Assembly (NCBI RefSeq): GCF_003991195.1
Contig: NZ_RCWL01000005.1
Coordinates: forward strand, 197,078-261,077
Direction: 5' to 3'
DNA length: 64,000 bases
Source: Gynurincola endophyticus
GTDB lineage: Bacteria > Bacteroidota > Bacteroidia > Chitinophagales > Chitinophagaceae
The notes below the pieces were generated by a model. The model saw only the letters and a program-made list of their open reading frames with translations, made no database searches and had not been told where the DNA came from. The stretch's first letter is position 1; the number at the start of each line of letters is the position of its first letter. This document shows, piece after piece, positions 50,812 through 62,117 of this stretch. A program made the position numbers and the translations under genes.

Positions 50812-52611
50812 TTAAGAGATTTTTTTCAGCAATTCTTCAAGGTCTATCGGACCGTTTATCATAAGACGATGGCGCAGCCTGCGCTTACTTCGGGCCACAC
50901 TGTCTTTACTGATGCCCAGTGCATTTCCTATTTGCTGATGGTCAAGGCCTAATACAATGAGCGATAATAACCTTTGCTCGGCAGGGGTTGGATGAGGGAG
51001 ATGCTCTTTCACCACTTTTTGAAAGTGAGGGTATACTTTCAGAAATTCGAGCTTAAACCGCTCCCATTCTTTTTCTGTTATTAAGGTTTGTTCGAATAAA
51101 GATTGATTCAATTCTGTTTTCTGACTGATGTTAACTTTTGCGGATAGCTCCTCAATCAGTTTATTTTTTTCAATGATGTTATTCTTGAAGTTTTGTATTT
51201 GTGCTTCTGAAAAAGCCATTTCAATAGCAAAGGTTTCTTTTTCTTTTTTGCTCATTAACACACGGTGTTGATTTCTCATTCGCATACGTAAAGTAATAGC
51301 GACGGCGATGATGAAAAGAAAAAGAAAGAGGTATGTGATGTTGTTTCTTTTAACTTTTTCTTTCTCCAATTCGGCTTTTGATTCGGCAAGAGCTCCCTGT
51401 GTACGTTCAACTTGTTGAATCGCCTGCAGGCGGTTCAGGTTAATCAGATCGAGATATTGCTGATGTTCCTGAGTAAATCTGGTAAAAAGTTGTTCGTATT
51501 CAAGTGCTTTTTGATAGTGTTTTTGCTGAATAGAAAGATCTCTGAGTTTGTTAGCGGCATACGAAGCGTAAGCATGGGCCTGATTGAGCTGCGCTGATTC
51601 TAATGCGAGGCGGAAATATTTCTCTGCAGCGGTGTATTCTTTTTCCCGAAGATATAAATCTCCCAGCCTGTTGCCGGCAATGGCAATATTCAAATGATCT
51701 TCATATTTGAACGCTGTATCAAAGTGAGTAAAAGTTTTTTGAAGAGCCTGTTGATAATCGCCTTTCAGGTAATCTACCTGTGCTGCGTTACCGGTAAAAA
51801 TACTGACCCATAAATTCCGTTCACGTGTTTCTGTAAATATTTTCGGAGTATATTCCAGACCAAGACTGAAATATTTTTGAGCGCTGTCTAATTCATTCAA
51901 ATGTAAGTAATCGTTTCCAAGAATATCAAAAATGTAAACATAGATGCCGGTATCAAAAACGCGTTGGGTGGTCATTACCTGGCGAAGGCTTTCCATACCA
52001 TAATAAATACTTTTCCGGTATTCTTTTGCATTTAATAAAGTTCTGCTGATATCGAAGAATCTGTTTTGTACATAGGTGAAATACTCGAGCCCGAATTTTT
52101 CCTGAATTTCCAGTGATTTTAAGCTATAAAACAAGTAAGTACCATCATGACCATAGAGTGTAGCATACACTGCATAAATTTCTGAACTGAGCATTTCATC
52201 ACCCAATTGTTCTGCCAGCAGTGCTGCTTTATCAAGAAGCTGAACATCCGGAATATGTGTTAAACGAAGTAGTTTTGACCCAAGAACGTGATAAAGAAGA
52301 GTTTGTGCTTCAATTCTTTTGTCAGGATGATGACCGAGATAGTTATAAAGTGCAAGTATTTCTTTTTCAAAAAGAGCTGAGTCCTGACGGTTGATAAGAT
52401 CGGCTACCACTTCATAGGTAATAATAGATTGGTCAATACCGGTTTTTTGCCATAGCCGGATATGTTTTTCTATGATCGGATCAACTTTTTCACTGTCACA
52501 CCCAGCAAGTAACCCTACTATCAAAAGTGAAAAAAAATACAAACGCATCATCTGCCTCCTGTTAATGAGGGCGAAGGTACAAATTAGTGTTTTTGCCTTA
52601 GCATTTACCAT
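50812..52611 (-). CDS. TPR-repeat regulator with one TM helix and C-terminal LuxR/sigma-70-region-4-like HTH
   Basis: Lipoprotein-like N-terminus (LLAGCDSEKV); TPR repeats; TM NNITYLFLFLFIIAVAI; HTH QRLLSLIVLGLDHQQIGNALGISKDSVARSKRRLRHRL. Confidence 0.6.
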   Translation of the reverse strand: MVNAKAKTLICTFALINRRQMMRLYFFSLLIVGLLAGCDSEKVDPIIEKHIRLWQKTGIDQSIITYEVVADLINRQDSALFEKEILALYNYLGHHPDKRIEAQTLLYHVLGSKLLRLTHIPDVQLLDKAALLAEQLGDEMLSSEIYAVYATLYGHDGTYLFYSLKSLEIQEKFGLEYFTYVQNRFFDISRTLLNAKEYRKSIYYGMESLRQVMTTQRVFDTGIYVYIFDILGNDYLHLNELDSAQKYFSLGLEYTPKIFTETRERNLWVSIFTGNAAQVDYLKGDYQQALQKTFTHFDTAFKYEDHLNIAIAGNRLGDLYLREKEYTAAEKYFRLALESAQLNQAHAYASYAANKLRDLSIQQKHYQKALEYEQLFTRFTQEHQQYLDLINLNRLQAIQQVERTQGALAESKAELEKEKVKRNNITYLFLFLFIIAVAITLRMRMRNQHRVLMSKKEKETFAIEMAFSEAQIQNFKNNIIEKNKLIEELSAKVNISQKTELNQSLFEQTLITEKEWERFKLEFLKVYPHFQKVVKEHLPHPTPAEQRLLSLIVLGLDHQQIGNALGISKDSVARSKRRLRHRLMINGPIDLEELLKKIS

Positions 52612-52705
52612 TAAATGTTAGTGAAACTTTAATATTTAAGGGGTACTTGATAAACTTTTGTCTACTCAGTTTATTTTGAATAGATTTAGGCTAAACCTCC
52701 TTATT

Positions 52706-53137
52706 ATGAACAAATTCGATCTAACCACCTCTAAGATTGTTAATACCCGGGCGAATCCGGTCTGGAAAAAAATAATCGATGCCGACGCCATTAAAAAGTG
52801 GTGGAATGGAGCCAGGGTGGCAACTGATTGGAAGGTGGGCAGTAAAGTAGAATTTATGTTTGTTGAACAGCCAACTCCACGATTCGATCATGGAAAAATA
52901 ATTGAGTTGGTAGAAAATGAACGTTTGGTGCTAAACTTGTGGAGTGTGGATTATGGAAATCCTGATGAGGACGAGCCGTATAAAGTGGTGATCTATGATT
53001 TGAAATACCTGGGTAATGAGCAAACCAGGCTTACTTTATCGGTAGCTTCTTATGATAGCGAAGAAGAAATGGAAAAAAGACGCCCGCTCGTGGATACAAT
53101 TGTTAATAAAATTAAGTTTTTAGCTGAGCATGAATAA
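52706..53137 (+). CDS. SRPBCC / AHSA1-like domain protein
   Basis: Start taken at MNKFDL; ~143 aa. Confidence 0.55.
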   Translation: MNKFDLTTSKIVNTRANPVWKKIIDADAIKKWWNGARVATDWKVGSKVEFMFVEQPTPRFDHGKIIELVENERLVLNLWSVDYGNPDEDEPYKVVIYDLKYLGNEQTRLTLSVASYDSEEEMEKRRPLVDTIVNKIKFLAEHE

Positions 53138-53744
53138 ATGGAATGCTATAAAAAAATGGATGATGGCCTGTATGGTAGCAAGTGTGGTATGGATGGGATG
53201 TGGAGAAGATACTCCGGCCAACTTACCGCAAAACCCCGTAGTAAGCAGTGCAACATTATATGACATGGGCGATGAAATTATCAGCGCCTTGAAAAAGTCT
53301 GATTGGGAAAAATTTGCTGCTTATTTTCATCCAACCGAAGGAGTTCGTTTTTCACCTTATGCTTATGTCAATACAGTTACCGATGTTTGTTTAACAAGAG
53401 ATGAGTTTTTGAATTTTGCAAAGTCTGGAAATGTTATTGTGTGGGGAGAGTTTGATGGAACCGGCGATACGATCCGTTACAACTTAAATGATTATGTAAA
53501 AAGATTTGTAATGGATAAGCCGTATGATACGGTTACCGAACGAACATTGAATAACTATGTGCATCACGGCTCTTCACTGGATAATCTTCGTGAAATTTAT
53601 CCCGATGTTGAGGTGGTAGAGTATTATGTTCCGGGCACCGAAGAATATGCCCAAATGGATTGGGGCCAGCTGAAACTTGTTTTTAAAATGGATGCAAATA
53701 AGTTTTATCTGATTGCTGTTATCCATAATGTATGGACCACGTAA
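53130..53744 (+). CDS. Lipoprotein, hypothetical
   Basis: VVWMGCGEDTP lipobox; overlaps upstream gene by 8 nt. Confidence 0.5.
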   Translation: MNKWNAIKKWMMACMVASVVWMGCGEDTPANLPQNPVVSSATLYDMGDEIISALKKSDWEKFAAYFHPTEGVRFSPYAYVNTVTDVCLTRDEFLNFAKSGNVIVWGEFDGTGDTIRYNLNDYVKRFVMDKPYDTVTERTLNNYVHHGSSLDNLREIYPDVEVVEYYVPGTEEYAQMDWGQLKLVFKMDANKFYLIAVIHNVWTT

Positions 53745-53913
53745 ATAATTAAGAATTAGTAATTGAGAATTAGGGATTAGCAGTGGTGATATGTGTTTCT
53801 CAGAAAATATGTTGAATGCCTGCTAACAGGTATTTATTAAAAAAGCGTTGAACTTTACTAATAAGAAAGTTCAACGCTTTTTTAGTTAAGTATACATACT
53901 AAATATTATACTA

Positions 53914-54996
53914 TTAATTGTAGTAGGGGTCAATGGTTTCAATAGAACCGTCTGCATTGTGTTTGAGTTCGGTTACTTTAACGTTTCTCAACCATGTTTT
54001 ACCTGATAATTGAACGTCATGATAGAATAAATACCATTTTCCGTTTACCTGGGTAATAGAGTGGTGATTCGTCCAGCCTGCTACCGGTTTCAAAACAACC
54101 CCTTTGTATACAAAAGGTCCGTAGGGATTATCGCCTACTGCATAACAGATCAGGTGAGTATCTCCGGTTGAATACGAGAAGTAATATTTTCCGTTGTATT
54201 TGTGCACCCAGGCTGCTTCAAAAAAACGTTTGTTATTATCCAGCTCTTTGAAGAGATTACCATTTTCATCTACTAATTGAACTTCACGTGGTGTTTCTGC
54301 AAATTCAAGCAGCGTACTATCCATTTTAGCGATTCTTGGTAATGCTGCTATTTCTTCAGGCTTTTTAAGTTGGTCACCGGCAGTGTAATTGTTTTGTGCG
54401 TCCCAGTTTTGTAGCTGTCCGCCCCAGATGCCACCAAAATACATATAGTACGATCCGTCGTCATCTTTAAATACGGCGGGGTCCATTGAGTAAGAACCTT
54501 TGATGGCTTCAGGTTGAGCTGTAAAAGGCCCTTCCGGTTTATCTCCAACAGCCACCCCGATTCTGAAAATATCCTGTTTGTCTTTTGCAGGAAAGAATAG
54601 ATAATATTTGCCGTCTTTTTCTGCAGCATCAGGTGCCCACATCTGTCTTCCCGCCCATGGAACATCGGCTAATGTTAAACCTACACCATGTTCGGTTACT
54701 TTACCGCCGATACTATCCATTGATAAAATTCGATAGTCTTGCATGTCGAAATGGTCACCATTATCATTTTCAGAGTTGATACCGGTGGCAGTATCATGAG
54801 ATGGATAAATATAAACTCTGTTGTTAAATACATGTGCTGACGGATCGGCTGTATATATATGTGAAACCAATGGTTCCGAAACAGGTTTTTTCCCTTCCAG
54901 ATGTTGATAGTCTGGTGTTTTCTCGGGGGCAGCATCGTTACAGGCAATTGCTAATAACGCACCGAATATCCAATAGCTTGTTTGACGTGTTAGCAT
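53914..54996 (-). CDS. Glycoside hydrolase family 43
   Basis: YTADPSAHVF... N-terminal catalytic Asp region, five-bladed propeller pattern; signal peptide. Confidence 0.75.
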   Translation of the reverse strand: MLTRQTSYWIFGALLAIACNDAAPEKTPDYQHLEGKKPVSEPLVSHIYTADPSAHVFNNRVYIYPSHDTATGINSENDNGDHFDMQDYRILSMDSIGGKVTEHGVGLTLADVPWAGRQMWAPDAAEKDGKYYLFFPAKDKQDIFRIGVAVGDKPEGPFTAQPEAIKGSYSMDPAVFKDDDGSYYMYFGGIWGGQLQNWDAQNNYTAGDQLKKPEEIAALPRIAKMDSTLLEFAETPREVQLVDENGNLFKELDNNKRFFEAAWVHKYNGKYYFSYSTGDTHLICYAVGDNPYGPFVYKGVVLKPVAGWTNHHSITQVNGKWYLFYHDVQLSGKTWLRNVKVTELKHNADGSIETIDPYYN

Positions 54997-55010
54997 GACG
55001 TTTGGTTTAA

Positions 55011-57542
55011 TTATTTACGAGTTGATGGGGGACCTAAGAAACTTGGTTTTTCTCCTCCCATATTTAAAACTAATTTTTGTAAAACAACACCGTTGTCTAC
55101 CAACCAGTAACGGATGGTATGTTTTCCGGCTTTTTTAATATAATGTTTTGTTGTTTTCTGAATGATGTTTCTACGCATCCATTCTTCCCATATATCAGTA
55201 TCGTGGTCTTCGGCATTAATGCCTACAATCTGTGGTGTTTCATGATCGATCTGTATAGCATATCTTAATCCTGTTTCAGCGTGATAGATGTTCAACGTAG
55301 GGGAGAAGTAGGCTGTTAGAGAAACCTGCCCTTTACCGGTAGTATGAATTTCATATTCCAGATAAGGCGATTTTTTAGTCAGCTGTGCAGGTGCCGATGT
55401 AGCCGGAAATGAAGTGATGGCATCGGCCGTTCTTCCTAAGTCAGGTAAAACTTTCCAGCTAAAACCCTGTGTTTCTTTTTTAGCCGTATATTCTGCGGCA
55501 TCAATACTTACTACTCCTTCTACTTCTTTGTAGAGGTTTTTCGCCCGGTTGAAGTTTTCTGTAACAGGTTGATAAGTGGCAATTGTATCGTTTTTAAAAC
55601 TTCCTTCCTGTAAAACTTTTACAGAAGGCATGATGTTTTTTTCAGGTTGTTGCCAGATGGTATAACCGATATGCGTCTGACTCATCATATGATTCCATTT
55701 GCCGTTGTTGATTGTATGATAGCGAACGGTAATGAGAGAGTCTTTTGTAAAAAGATCTTTTGCTTTAGCGGCAGCAATGTTTGCCCTTAGATCTCCTTTA
55801 TCGGCATAATGGTGATTCAGTGCTACCTGGTAATAAAGTTCGTTCAGATTTGCACAGGCTATGATTGGGTGAAGTACCAATTGAAAAAATGACGATTCGT
55901 ATTCTTCAGGTAATTGTGCATACAATTGTTCAGCTTTCTTCGCCAGTTGCTGATATTCGTGCACCACCTTTCCGAATTCATTGTAATGGGTGAGTGAATA
56001 GGTCTGATGGTCGAGCAGCTCAGGTTTTCTGCGGCCATTAATTTTGGCATAAGCCGCTAATAAACCGGCAATCTCTTCCCCATATTGTTGCCCGAATTGT
56101 TGAGTTGCCCATTGAACAGTAAAGTCTTTTACCTGATCAATAGAAATACGGGTAGGGTTCCAGGCCTGATGCAGGAAGAAGCTGATAGGAAGTTCCATTG
56201 GTTTTATATCTCCTACGTTTACTACCCATAATTCTTTTACCTGATGTTCCCAGGTAAGGTTCATTTGCTCCCATACTCTGGGAAGTGGATTGGTATTTAA
56301 CCATTTATAGTTTCTTGGTCCGCCTACATAGTCAAAGTGATAATACATACCATAGCCACCTGTGCGGGCAGGATCGGTAATTTTTGGTAATCTGCGAACA
56401 TTGCCCCAGTTGTCATCACAGATTAATAAAGTAACGTCGTCGGGTACGCGCATTCCTTTATCGTAATAATCTTGTACTTCTTTATAGAGTGCCCAAACCT
56501 GCGGACTTTTTTCTGCCGGTTGACCGCTAACTTCTTCAATAATTTTTCTTTGATCGGCAACAATCCGTTCCAGTAACCCGGTGGCAGTTTCGTTACTCAT
56601 TGGTTCATCACCATCACCCCGCATTCCGAGGGTAATAATTTTTTCATTTTTGGAGCGGTATAAAGAAGAACGCCAGAAGGTACGAAGGGTAGAATCATTC
56701 GTTTGGTAATTCCATGCTCCTTTTCCATATCTTCTCCATTCGTCGTGTGCACGCATGAGTGGTTCGTGGTGTGAAGTACCGATTACAATACCCCAGTCTT
56801 CAGCTACGTATTGATTTTTCGGGTCATCATCATAAAAAGCAGAACCCCACATTGCCGGCCAAAGGAAATTACCTTTGTTTCTTAATATAAGTTCAAAAAC
56901 TTTGGTATAGAAGAGGTGGTTAAAGCCGCCAAATTTTTGCCTGCTCCAGTTACTTAACGCAGGTGCTTCATCGTTAATAAAGATGCCTCTGTATTTTACT
57001 AAAGGAGCATCTTTAAAAATATCCTTCACTTCTACAAAAATGTTTTCCTGTTTCTTAACCGGAACATCTGCCCACCAGTACCAGGGTGAAACGCCCATTA
57101 ATTCAGAAAGAAGTAATGTGCCATAAGCAGCGCCGCGTTTATTGAAACCAATAATAACAAGTGCTTGTTGAACATCGGGGAAGGGGTTGGCTACGATTTG
57201 AATCGAATATCCATCCCATCCGGCAGGTAAAGACTGTTGTGTTAGTTTTCCGTTTTTAAGTAAAAGTTGAATGTGTTTAGATTCGGTCGTTCCGATGATA
57301 ACTAAAGGAGAATTGTTTTTCTCTGTGTAAATAGTTGATTCATTACCCGTCACAGATTGGATATCCTGCTGTAATAATTGAGCAGCAATTTTAATCAGTT
57401 TAGGTTCATTATCGTCGTAAAGAATCGAAGACCGGTTCAGGTGAAAAGTGTTCTGACCGGGGTTAGAAACAACGCTCACCTGGGCGAAAGTATATAAAGA
57501 GCTGATTGAAAAAATACAGCAAACAATCAAATTTTTTAACAT
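55011..57542 (-). CDS. Glycoside hydrolase, probable family 115 (xylan alpha-glucuronidase-like); start taken at MLKNLI
   Basis: ~840 aa; LWPAMWGSAFYDDDP segment; secreted. Confidence 0.55.
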   Translation of the reverse strand: MLKNLIVCCIFSISSLYTFAQVSVVSNPGQNTFHLNRSSILYDDNEPKLIKIAAQLLQQDIQSVTGNESTIYTEKNNSPLVIIGTTESKHIQLLLKNGKLTQQSLPAGWDGYSIQIVANPFPDVQQALVIIGFNKRGAAYGTLLLSELMGVSPWYWWADVPVKKQENIFVEVKDIFKDAPLVKYRGIFINDEAPALSNWSRQKFGGFNHLFYTKVFELILRNKGNFLWPAMWGSAFYDDDPKNQYVAEDWGIVIGTSHHEPLMRAHDEWRRYGKGAWNYQTNDSTLRTFWRSSLYRSKNEKIITLGMRGDGDEPMSNETATGLLERIVADQRKIIEEVSGQPAEKSPQVWALYKEVQDYYDKGMRVPDDVTLLICDDNWGNVRRLPKITDPARTGGYGMYYHFDYVGGPRNYKWLNTNPLPRVWEQMNLTWEHQVKELWVVNVGDIKPMELPISFFLHQAWNPTRISIDQVKDFTVQWATQQFGQQYGEEIAGLLAAYAKINGRRKPELLDHQTYSLTHYNEFGKVVHEYQQLAKKAEQLYAQLPEEYESSFFQLVLHPIIACANLNELYYQVALNHHYADKGDLRANIAAAKAKDLFTKDSLITVRYHTINNGKWNHMMSQTHIGYTIWQQPEKNIMPSVKVLQEGSFKNDTIATYQPVTENFNRAKNLYKEVEGVVSIDAAEYTAKKETQGFSWKVLPDLGRTADAITSFPATSAPAQLTKKSPYLEYEIHTTGKGQVSLTAYFSPTLNIYHAETGLRYAIQIDHETPQIVGINAEDHDTDIWEEWMRRNIIQKTTKHYIKKAGKHTIRYWLVDNGVVLQKLVLNMGGEKPSFLGPPSTRK

Positions 57543-57552
57543 GGCAATGAGT

Positions 57553-58290
57553 TTAGAATCCGATAGAGTTGCCTCCATCAACAGGAAGAACAACACCTGT
57601 AATATATTTAGCTTTATCAGTACATAAGAATAATGCGGCTTCACCAACGTCTGAAGGAGATCCTAAGAAACCCATCGGTGTTCTGCCTAGTACTTTTGCT
57701 TTTCTTTCGGGATCGTTATTCAGTGCTTTGGCAGACATGTCTGTAGCGATAAATCCAGGAGCAATAGCATTTACGCGGATACCATGGGGCGAAAGGTCTA
57801 CTGCCATGCTATGTGTCATTCCATCAATTGCAGATTTACTGGCAGTATAAGCAATAACTTTAGGAATTCCGTATTGTGCAGCCATTGAACTGATATTCAG
57901 AATAACTCCTTTCTTATTTGGAAGCATCTGTTTTACTACTTCCCGGCTGAGAGAAAAAACAGCCTGTAGGTTTGTTTGAAGAATACTATCAAAGTCTTCA
58001 TCCGTTACTTCCCAGAATTCTTTTTTAAGGTTAATGCCGGCATTGTTTACGAGAATATCTATCGGTCCATGGTCACTAACAATAGTTGTAATGAGTTGGG
58101 GGATGTTAGCGCGGTCGTTTAAATCAAAAGCATAGAAGCTTACATTTTTACCAATGCTTTCTGCTGCGGATTGTAATTTCTGAACGTCTCTTCCTATCAG
58201 AATCACATGGATATCGTTGTGGGCAAATGTATGTGCGATTGCCAGGCCGATACCGGATCCGCCACCTGTAATTATAGCATGCTGCTTCAT
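57553..58290 (-). CDS. SDR family oxidoreductase; start taken at MKQHAI
   Basis: TGGGSGIGLAIA cofactor motif; catalytic YTASK. Confidence 0.8.
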   Translation of the reverse strand: MKQHAIITGGGSGIGLAIAHTFAHNDIHVILIGRDVQKLQSAAESIGKNVSFYAFDLNDRANIPQLITTIVSDHGPIDILVNNAGINLKKEFWEVTDEDFDSILQTNLQAVFSLSREVVKQMLPNKKGVILNISSMAAQYGIPKVIAYTASKSAIDGMTHSMAVDLSPHGIRVNAIAPGFIATDMSAKALNNDPERKAKVLGRTPMGFLGSPSDVGEAALFLCTDKAKYITGVVLPVDGGNSIGF

Positions 58291-58940
58291 ATAGAACAAT
58301 CTAAATAAGTTAAAAGAAAGGATAAATCTAGGCAAAAAAACAAAACAATGTTGCAATCGGTTGCATTATTTTTTTCATTTTCATGCTCTTGTGCGTAAAC
58401 TAAGTTGCAAAATGCAAAAAGCCGGCAGAGGAATGGTACGGTTACATTAGTTTGTTGTGAAATAATTGTTAGTTAAATATATTTAATATGTATTTGCTTG
58501 ATTGTATTTTATATATGTAACCTTTTGTGAACAAAGGTTTCCCTGATATACAGAAAAAGGCTGTTAACAACTGCTTATTAAAGGTTGGATAAATAAATGT
58601 ATACAGGCCTGATGGTTAAATATTTGTCTTTGAAAAGGCAAAGAAAGCCGGAAAATGCAAAGACTTTATGTAAAATCAATCGTTTTTCAAAAAGGGTAGA
58701 AAAAAATGAAAAAAAATATGTAATCGGTTTCAAAAATCAAAAATTGGATTATATTCGCTTTACCAAGCACCTAAAATACGATTGCTGAAGCTTAGTGGGC
58801 TGTATGAAAAAGAGGTAATGAGAGTCGTAAAACCGATCTTATTACTCAACCATTCCTGTATATTATAATCTTCTACTCTTCTTTTTCTACAGGTATTCTA
58901 CTAGTCTTCAACATTCAAACTAATTGCCAAAAAGATTTAT

Positions 58941-61900
58941 ATGAAACAAACTGTAGAACTACCAAACTACTGCAGGAGTAAATCGGCATTCAGTAAACCA
59001 TTATTACTTATAATAGCTTTACTGTTTCAATGCACTTTGCTCACACAAACCTTATCTGCACAAAACATTTCAGTATCAGGCCAGGTTGTTGACGAGTCTG
59101 GCAATCCCGTTTCTTTCGCCTCCATAGTGGTGTCGGGAGCTACAGGCGGGGTTCAATCCGATGAAAAAGGAAATTTCACTTTAACGGTTGCTCCAAATGC
59201 AGTTTTATCTATATCTGCTGCAGGATTTGCTTCTCAGGATGTACGTGTTGAGGGCAAAACAACTTTAAAAATTACATTAAAACTACAGGCTGCCTTGGAT
59301 CAGGTAGTAGTGGTGGGATATGGTACCCAACGTAAAAAAGATGTTACCGGTTCGATTGTTTCGGTAGATGAGAAAGTGATTCGTGAGGTTCCTGCTGCGA
59401 GTCTTGACAGAGCATTACAGGGTAGAGTTGCCGGTGTGCAGATTCAATCTTCTTCGAATCAGCCGGGCGGTGGCACACAAATCCGTATTCGCGGTATCCG
59501 TTCAATTTCAGGAAGTAACGATCCGTTTATTGTTCTGGACGGTATTCCTTATGAAGGTAATCTGAATGATATCAATTCTGAAGACATCGCCAGTTTAGAT
59601 GTATTAAAAGATGCATCTGCTACTGCTATTTATGGTTCACGAGGTGCTAACGGTGTTATTCTGATTACTACTAAAAGAGGTAAAAGCGGTAAAGCCAGCA
59701 TCTCTTATAACGGCTATCATGGTATCGGTAAGGCTTTTAATCCTTATCCGGTATATGATGCAACTGAATACCAGGCTATGCGTAATGCTTCTACCTGGAG
59801 TTTAGGATATCTGCCTGATGAAATTCAGGGAATGGCCGACGGTACCAATACCAACTGGCAGGATGTGATGTATCAGAATGCTAACCGTGCCGACCATAAT
59901 ATTTCTGTAACAGGCGGAGCGAATGGCAGTAATTATTCTTTAGGTGCCGGTTATTTTAATGAAACAACTTTAATGCCTGGTGAAGAATTTAAACGCTTCA
60001 CAGCCAGAGCTACTTTAGATATTAAATTGAGTAACAAAGCAAAAATTGGGTTAACCTCTTTAACAAACTACAGCATCAACGAAGGAAGCCAGTTTGTTTC
60101 AGGATCTGCAATGTTCTCTTTACTGGCTATTACGCCACTTACCAAACCGCGTAATGCAGATGGTAGTATCAATAATATTCCATGGGGTAACGTAGATGAC
60201 GTAAACGGTAATTCACGTTATAGCCCACTTTATTTATATGAAAATGAAGGAACATGGGTAGATGAAAACAGAAGAATTCGCAATTTTACCACCTTATATG
60301 GAGAATATGAATTTATTAAAGGATTAAAGTACAGAGTGAATGCCGGGGTAAACCTTGCCCAATCACGCATTGCTACTTTTGTTCCGGGTGATGAGCCTAC
60401 TGCGCCTTCCTATTTCAGACCTGCTCAGGGAAATCAGGCTTCGGTTAATAATAGTGAGTTTTTAAGTTATACTGTTGAACATTTATTATACTGGGATAAA
60501 ACATTTGGCGATCACCGTTTCAATGTAACCGGTATGACTTCTACTCAAAAAGATCACAGCAACAATACTTATATCAGAAAAGATAGTATTGATGCAAACT
60601 TCGTGCAGTGGTATAATCTTGCTATGTCACAACCGGTTTCATCGCTGAATACCTTGTTGGGCGGAGGTGAATCTACTTCAGGGTTGGTTTCTTACATGGC
60701 TCGTTTAAACTATGGTTATAAAGACAAATATATTTTAACAGGTACGATCCGTCATGATAAATCTTCAAGACTTGCACCCGGAAATCAAGGGTTCACTTAT
60801 CCTGCAATCGCTTTAGGATGGAATGTTTCTGAAGAAGATTTTATGATGAATCTTACCTGGATTGATAACCTGAAATTGAGAGCTGGTTATGGTATTACTT
60901 CTAACCAGGCAATTGCTCCTTACTCTTCTCTCGGACGTGTTTCTAATAGCAGCGGAAATAATACGGTGATTTCTTATAACTGGGGGCAGGATCAGATTGT
61001 TACCGGTTATGGAATCACAGCACTTCCTAACAGTTCTTTGAAATGGGAGTTCAGCCGCAACTATAATGTTGGTATTGATTTCGGTTTGTTTAACAACAGA
61101 TTGACCGGTAGTATCGATTGGTACGACGTTTATACCAATAATATCCTTTACAGTGTAACGCTTCCTGTAACGAGTGGTGTAGCCGGTGGTTATACCAGTA
61201 ACGTAGGTGCAATGAGTAATAAGGGTATTGAATTTAATCTGAGCTCAGAAAATATTGTAAGTCCAAGCGGATTTAGCTGGTATACCGATTTCAATATTTA
61301 TCATAACAAAAACAGAATTGAGCACCTTTCTAACAACGTTGAAAGAGATATTGCCAATCAGTTGCACAAAGGATATTCGATGACTGCTATTTTTGATTAT
61401 AATAAACTGGGTATCTGGCAACAACATGAAGCACTGGAAGCTGCACAATACGGATCTATTCCCGGACAGCTGAAATTAGAGGATATCAATAAAGACGGTG
61501 TAATCAATGAAGCTGACCGTCGGGTTATTGGTGATGGTGATGCCAGATGGCAAGGTGGTTTAACCAACCGTTTCGCTTATAAAGGATGGGATCTCAGCAT
61601 TGTAATGACAGGCCGATTCGGTGGTAATCTTGTATCCACTTTACACCAGCCTAACGCTGCTTATATCACAGCACTGGACGGAAGAAGAAATCAGTTAAAA
61701 GTTGATTACTGGACGCCAAACAATCCTACTAATTGGTTCCCTGCACCGCAAACACAAATTTCACCTGTTTCTGACGCCTGGAGAACTTTGGGTTACTATG
61801 ATGCCTCTTACGTGAAACTTAGAAATATCAGCTTAGGATATACATTTAGCAAAGGAGTTGTTGACTATCTGAAAGTTCAATCAATTCGTTTATACTTTAA

Positions 61901-62099
61901 TGCCGATAACCTGGCAGTACTGTATTCGCCTTTTTATAAGTTAACAGGTGTCGACCCTGAAGGTACAGGTACCGGTTACCAGGGAGTAGGATCAAACTAT
62001 AACCTGAGAAACAATAACGGAGGAAACGGATTTGTAACGATCGGTTTATCTACACCTTCAAGAAAAACATTCACTTTTGGTGCTGTTGTAAAATTCTAA
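58941..62099 (+). CDS. susC: SusC/RagA family TonB-linked outer membrane protein
   Basis: N-terminal carboxypeptidase-regulatory-like domain, TonB box region, plug and large barrel; C-terminal F. Confidence 0.9.
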   Translation: MKQTVELPNYCRSKSAFSKPLLLIIALLFQCTLLTQTLSAQNISVSGQVVDESGNPVSFASIVVSGATGGVQSDEKGNFTLTVAPNAVLSISAAGFASQDVRVEGKTTLKITLKLQAALDQVVVVGYGTQRKKDVTGSIVSVDEKVIREVPAASLDRALQGRVAGVQIQSSSNQPGGGTQIRIRGIRSISGSNDPFIVLDGIPYEGNLNDINSEDIASLDVLKDASATAIYGSRGANGVILITTKRGKSGKASISYNGYHGIGKAFNPYPVYDATEYQAMRNASTWSLGYLPDEIQGMADGTNTNWQDVMYQNANRADHNISVTGGANGSNYSLGAGYFNETTLMPGEEFKRFTARATLDIKLSNKAKIGLTSLTNYSINEGSQFVSGSAMFSLLAITPLTKPRNADGSINNIPWGNVDDVNGNSRYSPLYLYENEGTWVDENRRIRNFTTLYGEYEFIKGLKYRVNAGVNLAQSRIATFVPGDEPTAPSYFRPAQGNQASVNNSEFLSYTVEHLLYWDKTFGDHRFNVTGMTSTQKDHSNNTYIRKDSIDANFVQWYNLAMSQPVSSLNTLLGGGESTSGLVSYMARLNYGYKDKYILTGTIRHDKSSRLAPGNQGFTYPAIALGWNVSEEDFMMNLTWIDNLKLRAGYGITSNQAIAPYSSLGRVSNSSGNNTVISYNWGQDQIVTGYGITALPNSSLKWEFSRNYNVGIDFGLFNNRLTGSIDWYDVYTNNILYSVTLPVTSGVAGGYTSNVGAMSNKGIEFNLSSENIVSPSGFSWYTDFNIYHNKNRIEHLSNNVERDIANQLHKGYSMTAIFDYNKLGIWQQHEALEAAQYGSIPGQLKLEDINKDGVINEADRRVIGDGDARWQGGLTNRFAYKGWDLSIVMTGRFGGNLVSTLHQPNAAYITALDGRRNQLKVDYWTPNNPTNWFPAPQTQISPVSDAWRTLGYYDASYVKLRNISLGYTFSKGVVDYLKVQSIRLYFNADNLAVLYSPFYKLTGVDPEGTGTGYQGVGSNYNLRNNNGGNGFVTIGLSTPSRKTFTFGAVVKF

Positions 62100-62117
62100 C
62101 GATAAAAACTACTTGTT